Positions 49,301 through 61,451 of a DNA stretch of 64,000 nt are shown here, one piece after another (the first letter of the stretch is position 1; each line of letters begins with the position of its first letter). Source of the stretch: the human T2T-CHM13v2.0 reference genome, Homo sapiens; assembly GCF_009914755.1 (NCBI RefSeq), contig NC_060937.1; one strand, 5' to 3'. The translations under genes and the position numbers were made by a program. Under the pieces are notes generated by a model, which was not told the origin of the DNA, did no database searches, and saw nothing but the letters and a program-made list of their open reading frames with translations.

Positions 49301-52300
49301 TATTCTATACTGTACAAAAAATATCAAAGTACCAAAAGCATGTATTATATACTGTACACAAAATATGAAAGTACATCAAATATATATTTTATTCTGTACA
49401 TAAAATATCAAAGTACACCAGATACATATTCTATAGTGTACATAAAATATCAAAGTACCCAAACTATACATTATATACTGTAAATAAAATGTGAAATTAC
49501 ATCAAATATATTTTATATTAGGTACATAAAATATGAAAGTACATCAAATATAGATTATATACTGTACATTAAATACCAAAGTACCCCAAACATATATTTT
49601 ATACTATACATGAAATATCAAAGTTCACAAACTATATATTATATACTGTACATAAAATATCAAAGTACCCAAGGTATATATTCTATACTGTACAAAAAAT
49701 ATCAAAGTACACAAAGCATGTATTATATACTGTACATTAAATATGAAAGTACATCAAATACATATTTTATTCTGTACATAATATATCAAAGTACACCAGA
49801 TATATATTCTATAGTGTACATAAAATAACAAAGTACACAAACTATAAATTATATACTGTACATAAAATATGAAATTACATCAAATATATATTAGGTACAT
49901 AAAATATGAAAGTACATCAAATATAGATTATATACTGTACATAAAATATCAATGTACCCCAAATATATATTTTATACTCTACATGAAATATCAAAGTTCA
50001 CAAACCATATATTGTATACTGTACATAAAATATCAAAGTACCCAAGGTATATATTCTATACTGTACAAAAAATATCAAAGTACCCAAAGCATGTATTATA
50101 CACTGTACATAAAATATGAAAGTACATCAAATATATATTTTATTCTGTACATAAAATATCAAAGTACACCAGATATATATTCTATAGTGTACATAAAATA
50201 TCAAAGTACCCAAACTATACATTATATACTGCACATAAAATATAAAATTACATCAAATATATATTATATGAGGTACATAAAATATGAAAGTACATCAAAT
50301 ATAGATTATATACTGTACATTAAATATCAAAGTACCCCAAATATATATTTTATACTGTACATGAAATATCAAAGTTCACAAACTATATATTATATACTGT
50401 ACATAAAATATCAAAGTACCCAAGGTATATATTCTATACTGTACAAAAAAATATCAAAGTACCCAAAGCATGTATTATATACTGTATATAAAATATGAAA
50501 GTACATCAAATATATATTTTATTCTGTACATAAAATATCAAAGTACACCAGATATATATTCTATAGTGTACATAAAATATCAAAGTACCCAATCTATACA
50601 TTATATACTGTACATAAAATATGAAATTACATCAAATATATATTATATTAGGTACATAAAATATGAAAGTACATCAAATATAGATTATACACACTACATA
50701 AAATATCAAAGTACCCCAAATATATATTATATACTCTACATGAAATATCAAAGTTTGCAAACTATATATTATATACTGTACATAAAATAAAGTCCCCAAG
50801 GTATATATTCTATACTGTAGATAAAATACCAAAGTACCCAAAGCATGTATTATATACTGTATATAAAATATGGAAGTACATCAAATATATATTTTATTCT
50901 GTACATAAAATATCAAAGTACACCAGATATATATTCTATAGTGTACATAAAATAACAAAGTACAAAAACTATAAATTATATACTGTACATAAAATATGAA
51001 ATTACATCAAATATATATTAGGTACATAAAATATGAAAGTACATCAAATATAGATTATATACTGTACATAAAATTTCAATGTACCCCAAATATATATTTT
51101 ATAGTCTACATGAAATATCAAAGTTCACAAACCATATATTATATACTGTACATAAAATATCAAAGTACCCAAGGAATATATTCTATACTATACAAAAAAT
51201 ATCAAAGTACCCAAAGCATGTATTATATACTGTACCTAAAATATGAAAGTACATCAAATATAAATTTTATTCTGTACATAAAATATCAAAGTACACCAGA
51301 TATATATTCTATAGTGTACATAAAATATCAAAGTACCCAAACTATACATTATATACTGTACATAAAATATGAAATTACATCAAATATATTTTATATTAGG
51401 TACATAAAATATAAAAGTACATCAAATATAGATTATATACTGTACATTAAATACCAAAGTACCCCAAATATATATTTTATACTGTACATGAAATATCAAA
51501 GTTCACAAACTATATATTATATACTGTACATATAATATCAAAGTACCCAAGGTATATATTCTATACTGTACAAAAAATATCAAAGTACCAAAAGCATGTA
51601 TTATATACTGTACACAAAATATGAAAGTACATCAAATATATATTTTATTCTGTACATAAAATATCAAAGTACACCAGATACATATTCTATAGTGTACATA
51701 AAATATCAAAGTACCCAAACTATACATTATATACTGTAAATAAAATGTGAAATTACATCAAATATATTTTATATTAGGTACATAAAATATGAAAGTACAT
51801 CAAATATAGATTATATACTGTACATTAAATACCAAAGTACACCAAACATATATTTTTTACTATACATGAAATATCAAAGTTCACAAACTATATATTATAT
51901 ACTGTAAATAAAATATCAAAGTACCCAAGGTATATATTCTATACTGTACTAAAAATATCAAAGTACCCAAAGCATGTATTATATACTGTACATTAAATAT
52001 GAAAGTACATCAAATATATATTTTATTCTGTACATAATATATCAAAGTACACCAGATATATATTCTATAGTGTACATAAAATAACAAAGTACACAAACTA
52101 TAAATTATATACTGTACATAAAATATGAAATTACATCAAATATATATTAGGTACATAAAATATGAAAGTACATCAAATATAGATTATATACTGTACATAA
52201 AATATCAATGTACCCCAAATATATATTTTATACTCTACATGAAATATCAAAGTTCACAAACCATATATTGTATACTGTACATAAAATATCAAAGTACCCA

Positions 52301-53600
52301 AGGTATATATTCTATACTGTACAAAAAATATCAAAGTACCCAAAGCATGTATTATACACTGTACATAAAATATGAAAGTACATCAAATATATATTTTATT
52401 CTGTACATAAAATATCAAAGTACACCAGATATATATTCTATAGTGTACATAAAATATCAAAGTACCCAAACTATACATTATATACTGCACATAAAATATG
52501 AAATTACATCAAATATATATTATATGAGGTACATAAAATATGAAAGTACATCAAATATAGATTATATACTGTACATTAAATATCAAAGTACCCCAAATAT
52601 ATATTTTATACTGTACATGAAATATCAAAGTTCACAAACTATATATTATATACTGTACATAAAATATCAAAGTACCCAAGGTATATATTCTATACTGTAC
52701 AAAAAAATATCAAAGTACCCAAAGCATGTATTATATACTGTACCTAAAATATGAAAGTACATCAAATATATATTTTATTCTGTAAATAAAATATCAAAGT
52801 ACACCAGATATATATTCTATAGTGTACATAATATATCAAAGTACCCAAACTATACATTATATACTGTACATAAAATATGAAATTACATCAAATATATATT
52901 ATATTAGGTACATAAAATATGAAAGTACATCAAATATAGATTATACACACTACATAAAATATCAAAGTACCCCAAATATATATTATATTCTCTACATGAA
53001 ATATCAAAGTTTGCAAACTATATATTATATACTGTACATAAAATAAAGTCCCCAAGGTATATATTCTATACTGTAGATAAAATACCAAAGTACCCAAAGC
53101 ATGTATTATATACTGTATATAAAATATGGAAGTACATCAAATATATATTTTATTCTGTACATAAAATATCAAAGTACACCAGATATATATTCTATAGTGT
53201 ACATAAAATAACAAAGTACACAAACTATAAATTATATACTGTACATAAAATATGAAATTACATCAAATATATATTAGGTACATAAAATATGAAAGTACAT
53301 CAAATATAGATTATATACTGTACATAAAATTTCAATGTACCCCAAATATATATTTTATACTCTACATGAAATATCAAAGTTCACAAACCATATATTATAT
53401 ACTGTACATAAAATATCAAAGTACCCAAGGAATATATTCTATACTATACAAAAAATATCAAAGTACCCAAAGCATGTGTTATATACTGTACCTAAAATAT
53501 GAAAGTACATCAAATATATATTTTATTCTGTACATAAAATATCAAAGAACACCAGATATATATTCTATAGTGTACATCAAATATCAAAGTACCCAAACTA
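35050..53600 (+). repeat. Array of ~3.38-kb super-units (9 x 378-mer, 81 monomers) with deletion derivatives of 3010 and 2256 bp
   Basis: The marker TAAATAAAATGTGAAATT lies at 36323, 39333, 42715, 46098, 49481 and 51737, giving spacings 3010, 3382, 3383, 3383 and 2256. ORF starts 43103/46486/49869 and 42844/46227/49610 agree. Confidence 0.9.
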
Positions 53601-54109
53601 TACATTATATACTGTACATAAAATATGAAATTACATCAAATATATATTAGGTACATAAAATATGAAAGTACATCAAATATAGATTATATACTGTACATAA
53701 AATATCAAAGAACCCCAAATATATATTATATACTCTACATGAAATATCAAAGTTCACAAACTATATATTATATACTGTACATAAAATATGAAATTACATC
53801 AAATATATTTTATATTAGGTACATAAAATATGAAAGTACATCAAATATAGATTATATACTGTACATTAAATACCAAAGTACCCAAAACATATATTTTATA
53901 CTATACATGAAATATCAAAGTTCACAAACTATATATTATATACTGTACATATAATATCAAATTACCCAAGGTATATATTCTATACTGTACAAAAAATATC
54001 AAAGTACCCAAAGCATGTATTATATACTGTACATTAAATATGAAAGTACAACAAATATATATTTTATTCTGTACATAAAATATCAAAGTACACCAGATAT
54101 ATATTCTAT

Positions 54110-57100
54110 AGTGTACATAAAATAACAAAGTACACAAACTATAAATTATATACTGTACATAAAATATGAAATTACATCAAATATATATTAGGTACATAAA
54201 ATATGAAAGTACATCAAATATAGATTATATACTGTACATAAAATATCAATGTACCCCAAATATATATTTTATACTCTACATGAAATATCAAAGTTCACAA
54301 ACCATATATTGTATACTGTACATAAAATATCAAAGTACCCAAGGTATATATTCTATACTGTACAAAAAATATCAAAGTACCCAAAGCATGTATTATACAC
54401 TGTACATAAAATATGAAAGTACATCAAATATATATTTTATTCTGTACATAAAATATCAAAGTACACCAGATATATATTCTATAGTGTACATAAAATATCA
54501 AAGTACCCAAACAATACATTATATACTGTACATAAAATATGAAATTACATCAAATATATATTATATTAGGTACATAAAATATGAAAGTACATCAAATGTA
54601 GATTACATACTGTACATTAAATATCAAAGTACCCCAAATATATATTTTATACTGTACATGAAATATCAAAGTTCACAAACTATATATTATATACTGTACA
54701 TAAAATATCAAAGTACCCAAGGTATATATTCTATACTGTACAAAAAATATCAAAGTACCCAAAGCATGTATTATATACTGTACCTAAAATATGAAAGTAC
54801 ATCAAATACATATTTTATTCTGTACATAAAATATCAAAGTACACCAGATATATATTCTATAGTGTACATAAAATATCAAAGTACCCAAACTATACATTAT
54901 ATACTGTACATAAAATATGAAATTACATCAAATATATATTATATTAGGTACATAAAATATGAAAGTACATCAAATATAGATTATACACACTACATAAAAT
55001 ATCAAAGTACCCCAAATATATATTATATACTCTACATGAAATATCAAAGTTTGCAAACTATATATTATATACTGTACATAAAATAAAGTCCCCAAGGTAT
55101 ATATTCTATACTGTAGATAAAATACCAAAGTACCCAAAGCATGTATTATATACTGTATATAAAATATGGAAGTACATCAAATATATATTTTATTCTGTAC
55201 ATAAAATATCAAAGTACACCAGATATATATTCTATAGTGTACATAAAATAACAAAGTACAAAAACTATAAATTATATACTGTATATAAAATATGAAATTA
55301 CATCAAATATATATTAGGTACATAAAATATGAAAGTACATCAAATATAGATTATATACTGTACATAAAATTTCAATGTACCCCAAATATATATTTTATAC
55401 TCTACATGAAATATCAAAGTTCACAAACCATATATTATATACTGTACATAAAATATCAAAGTACCCAAGGAATATATTCTATACTATACAAAAAATATCA
55501 AAGTACCCAAAGCATGTATTATATACTGTACCTAAAATATGAAAGTACATCAAATATATACTTTATTCTGTACATAAAATATCAAAGTACACCAGATATA
55601 TATTCTATAGTGTACATAAAATATCAAAGTACCCAAACTATACATTATATACTATACATAAAATATGAAATTACATCAAATATATTTTATATTAGGTACA
55701 TAAAATATAAAAGTACATCAAATATAGATTATATACTGTACATTAAATACCAAAGTACCCCAAATATATATTTTATACTGTACATGAAATATCAAACTTC
55801 ACAAACTATATATTATATACTGTACATATAATATCAAAGTACCCAAGGTATATATTCTACACTGTACAAAAAATAACAAAGTACCAAAAGCATGTATAAT
55901 ATACTGTATATAAAATATGAAAGTACATGAAATATATATTTTATTCTGTACATAAAATATCAAAGTACACCAGATATGTATTCTATAGTGTACATAAAAT
56001 ATCAAAGTACCCAAACTATACATTATATAGTGTACATAAAATATGAAATTACATCAAATATATATTATATTAGGTACATAAAATATGAAAGTACATCAAA
56101 TATAGATTATATACTGTACATAAAATATCAAAGTACCCCAAATATATATTATATACTCTACATGAAATATCAAAGTTCACAAGCTATATATTATATACTG
56201 TACATAAAATATCAAAGTACCCAAGGTGTATATTCTATACTGCACAAAAAATATCAAAGTACCCAAAGCATGTATTATATACTGTACATAAAATATGAAA
56301 GTACATCGAATATATATTTTATTCTGTACATAAAATATCAAAGTACACCAGATATATATTCTATAGTGTACATAAAATATCAAAGTACCGAAACTATACA
56401 TTATATTCTGTACATAAAATATGAAATTACTTCAAATATATATTAGGTACATAAAATATGAAAGTACATCAAATATAGATTATATACTGTACATAAAATA
56501 TCAAAGTACCCCAAATATATATTATATACTCTACTTGAAATATCAAATTCACAAACTATATATTATATACTGTACATAAAATATGAAATTACATCAAATA
56601 TATTTTATATTAGGTACATAAAATATGAAAGTACATCAAATATAGATTATATACTTTACATTAAATACCAAAGTACCCCAAATATATATTTTATACTGTA
56701 TATGAAATATCAAAGTTCACAAACTATATATTATATACTGTACATATAATATCAAAGTACCCAAGGTATATATTCTATACTGTACAAAAAATAACAAAGT
56801 ACCAAAAGCATGTATTATATACTGTACCTAAAATATGAAAGTACATCAAATATATATTTTATTCTGTACATAAAATATCAAAGTACACCAGATATATATT
56901 CTATAGTGTACATAAAATATCAAAGTACCCAAACTATACATTATATACTGTACATAAAATATGAAATTACATCAAATATATTTTATATTAGGTACATAAA
57001 ATATGAAAGTACATCAAATATAGATTATATACTGTACATTAAATACCAAAGTACCCCAAATATATATTTTATACTGTATATGAAATATCAAAGTTCACAA

Positions 57101-57830
57101 ACTATATATTATGTACTGTACATAAAATATCAAAGTACCCAAGTTATATATTCTATACTGTACAAAAAATATCAAAGTACCCAAAGCATGTATTATATAC
57201 TGTACCTAAAATATGAAAGTACATCAAATATATATTTTATTCTGTACATAAAATATCAAAGTACAGCAGATATATATTCTATAGTGTACATAAAATATCA
57301 AAGTACCCAAACTATACATTATATACTGTACATAAAATATGAAATTACATCAAATATATATTATATTAGGTACATAAAATATGAAAGTACATCAAATATA
57401 GATTATATACTGTACATAAAATATCAAAGTACCCCAAATATATATTATATACTCTACATGAAATATCAAAGTTCACAAGCTATATATTATATACTGTACA
57501 TAAAATATCAAAGTACCCAAGGTATATATTCTATACTGCACAAAAAATATCAAAGTACCCAAAGCATGTATTATATACTGTACATAAAATATGAAAGTAC
57601 ATCGAATATATATTTTATTCTGTACATAAAATATCAAAGTACACCAGATATGTATTCTATAGTGTACATAAAATATCAAAGTACCCAAACTATACATTAT
57701 ATTCTGTACATAAAATATGAAATTACATCAAATATATATTAGGTATATAAAATATGAAATTACATCAAATATAGATTATATACTGTGCATAAAATATCAA
57801 AGTACCCCAAATATATATTAAATACTCTAC
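54110..57830 (+). repeat. Diverged long-range paralogue of ~7000-11100 (offset ~47.1 kb)
   Basis: Ordered shared variants at +47114/47113: CATGTATAAT (ATG at 8778/55892), GATATGTATT, AAGCT (9067/56181), ATCGAA (9191/56305), the 168-bp truncated unit, and CTTTACATT (9541/56654). Further on the offset is 46735, one 378-mer fewer (10738/57473). Confidence 0.8.
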
Positions 57831-58111
57831 ATGAAATATCAAAGTTCACAAACTATATATTATATACTGTACATATAATATCAAAGTACCCAAAGTATAT
57901 ATTCTATACTGTACAAAAAATATCAAAGTACCAAAAGCATGTATTATATACTGTACATAAAATATGAAAGTACATCAAATATATATTTTATTCTGTACAT
58001 AAAATATCAAAGTACACCAGATATATATTCTATAGTGTACATAAAATATCAAAGTACCCAAACTATACATTATATACTGTACATAAAATATGAAATTACA
58101 TCAAATATATT

Positions 58112-61100
58112 TTATATTAGGTACATAAAATATGAAAGTACATCAAATATAGATTATATACTGTACATTAAATACCAAAGTACCCCAAATATATATTTTA
58201 TACTGTACATGAAATATCAAAGTTCACAAACTATATATTATATACTGTACATAAAATATCAAAGTACCCTAGTTATATATTCTATACTGTACCAAAAATA
58301 TCAAAGTACCCAAAGCACGTATTATATACTGTACATAAAATATGAAAGTACATCAAATATATATTTTATTCTGTACATAAAATATCAAAGTACACCAGAT
58401 ATATATTCTATAGTGTACATAAAATATCAAAGTACCCAAACTATACATTATATACTGTACATAAAATATGAAATTACATCAAATCTATATTAGGTACATA
58501 AAATATGAAAGTACATCAAATATAGATTATATACTGTACATAAAATATCAAAGTACCCCAAATATATATTATATACTCTACATGAAATATCAAAGTTCAC
58601 AAACTATATATTATATACTGTACATAAAATATCAAAGTACCCAAGGTATATATTCTATACTGTACAAAAAATATCAAAGTACCCAAAGCATGTATTATAT
58701 ACTGTATATAAAATATGAAAGTACTTTAAATATATATTTTATTCTGTACATAAAATATCAAAGTACACCAGATATATATTCTAGAGTGTACATAAAATTA
58801 CAAAGTATACAAAGTATAAATTATATACTGTACATAAAATATGAAATTACATCAAATATATATTAGGTACATAAAATATGAAAGTACATCAAATATAGAT
58901 TATATACTGTACATATAATATCAATGTACCCCAAATATATATTTTATACTCTACATGAAATATCAAAGTTCACAAACCATACATTATATACTGTACATAA
59001 AATATCAAAGTACCCAATATATATATTCTATACTGTACAAAACATATCAAAGTACCCAAAGCATGTATTATATACTGTACATAAAATATGAAAGTACAAC
59101 AAATATATATTTTATTCTGTACATAAAATATCAAAGTACACCAGATATATATACTATAGTGTACATAAAATATCATAGTACCCAAACTATACATTATATA
59201 CTGTACATAAAATATGAAATTACATCAAATATATATTATATTAGGTACATAAAATATGAAAGTACATCAAATATAGATTATATACTGTACATAAAATATC
59301 AAAGTACCCCAAATATATATTATATACTCTACATGAAATATCAAAGTTCACAAACTATATATTATATACTGTACATAAAATATGAAATTACATCAAATAT
59401 ATTTTATATTAGGTACATAAAATATGAAAGTACATCAAATATAGATTATATACTTTACATTAAATACCAAAGTACCCCAAATATATATTTTATACTGTAC
59501 AGGAAATATCAAAGTTCACAAACTATATATTATATACTGTACATATAATATCAAAGTACCCAAGGTATATATTCTATACTGTACAAAAAATAACAAAGTA
59601 CCAAAAGCATGTATTATATAGTGTACCTAAAATATGAAAGTACATCAAATATATATTTTATTCTGTACATAAAATATCAAAGCACACCAGATATATATTC
59701 TATAGTGTACATAAAATATCAAAGTACCCAAACTATACATTATATACTGTACATAAAATATGAAATTACATCAAATATATATTATATTAGGTACATAAAA
59801 TATGAAAGTACATCAAATATAGATTATATACTGTACATTAAATACCAAAGTACCCCAAATATATATTTTATACTGTACATGAAATATCAAAGTTCACAAA
59901 CTATATATTATATACTGTACATAAAATATCAAAGTACCCTAGTTATATATTCTATACTGTACCAAAAATATCAAAGTACCCAAAGCACGTATTATATACT
60001 GTACATAAAATATGAAAGTACATCAAATATATATTTTATTCTGTACATAAAATATCAAAGTACACCAGATATATATTCTATAGTGTACATAAAATATCAA
60101 AGTACCCAAATTATACATTATATACTGTACATAAAATATGAAATTACATCAAATCTATATTAGGTACATAAAATATGAAAGTACATCAAATATAGATTAT
60201 ATACTGTACATAAAATATCAAAGTACCCCAAATATATATTATATACTCTACATGAAATATCAAAGTTCACAAACTATATATTATATACTGTACATAAAAT
60301 ATCAAAGTACCCAAGGTATATATTCTATACTGTACAAAAAATATCAAAGTACCCAAAGCATGTATTATATACTGTATATAAAATATGAAAGTACTTTAAA
60401 TATATATTTTATTCTGTACATAAAATATCAAAGTACACCAGATATATATTCTAGAGTGTACATAAAATTACAAAGTATACAAAGTATAAATTATATACTG
60501 TACATAAAATATGAAATTACATCAAATATATATTAGGTACATAAAATATGAAAGTACATCAAATATAGATTATATACTGTACATATAATATCAATGTACC
60601 CCAAATATATATTTTATACTCTACATGAAATATCAAAGTTCACAAACCATACATTATATACTGTACAAAAAATATCAAAGTACCCAATATATATATTCTA
60701 TACTGTACAAAACATATCAAAGTACCCAAAGCATGTATTATATACTGTACATAAAATATGAAAGTACATCAAATATATATTTTATTCTGTACATAAAATA
60801 TCAAAGTACACCAGATATATATACTATAGTGTACATAAAATATCATAGTACCCAAACTATACATTATATACTGTACATAAAATATGAAATTACATCAAAT
60901 ATATATTATATTAGGTACATAAAATATGAAAGTACATCAAATATAGATTATATACTGTACATAAAATATCAAAGTACCCCAAATATATATTATATACTCT
61001 ACATGAAATATCAAAGTTCACAAACTATATATTATATACTGTACATAAAATATGAAATTACATCAAATATATTTTATATTAGGTACATAAAATATGAAAG

Positions 61101-61451
61101 TACATCAAATATAGATTATATACTTTACATTAAATACCAAAGTACCCCAAATATATATTTTATACTGTACAGGAAATATCAAAGTTCACAAACTATATAT
61201 TATATACTGTACATATAATATCAAAGTACCCAAGGTATATATTCTATACTGTACAAAAAATAACAAAGTACCAAAAGCATGTATTATATAGTGTACCTAA
61301 AATATGAAAGTACATCAAATATATATTTTATTCTGTACATAAAATATCAAAGCACACCAGATATATATTCTATAGTGTACATAAAATATCAAAGTACCCA
61401 AACTATACATTATATACTGTACATAAAATATGAAATTACATCAAATATATA
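58112..61451 (+). repeat. Two tandem copies of a 1,670-bp (40-monomer) unit
   Basis: ORF pairs 58468/60138, 58955/60625 and 59609/61279 are offset by 1670. Private variants CCCTAGTT, AAATCTATATTAGG, GTACTTTAAA, CTAGAGTG, TATCATAG and TACAGGAAA recur at +1670. The length fits 4x378 + 168 - 2x5. Confidence 0.9.

Noticed and set aside
1249-59194. Short hydrophobic minus-strand ORFs (MYSLGTLIFYV...)
   Set aside because: These are antisense translations of the same repeat, opened where single SNVs remove stops.
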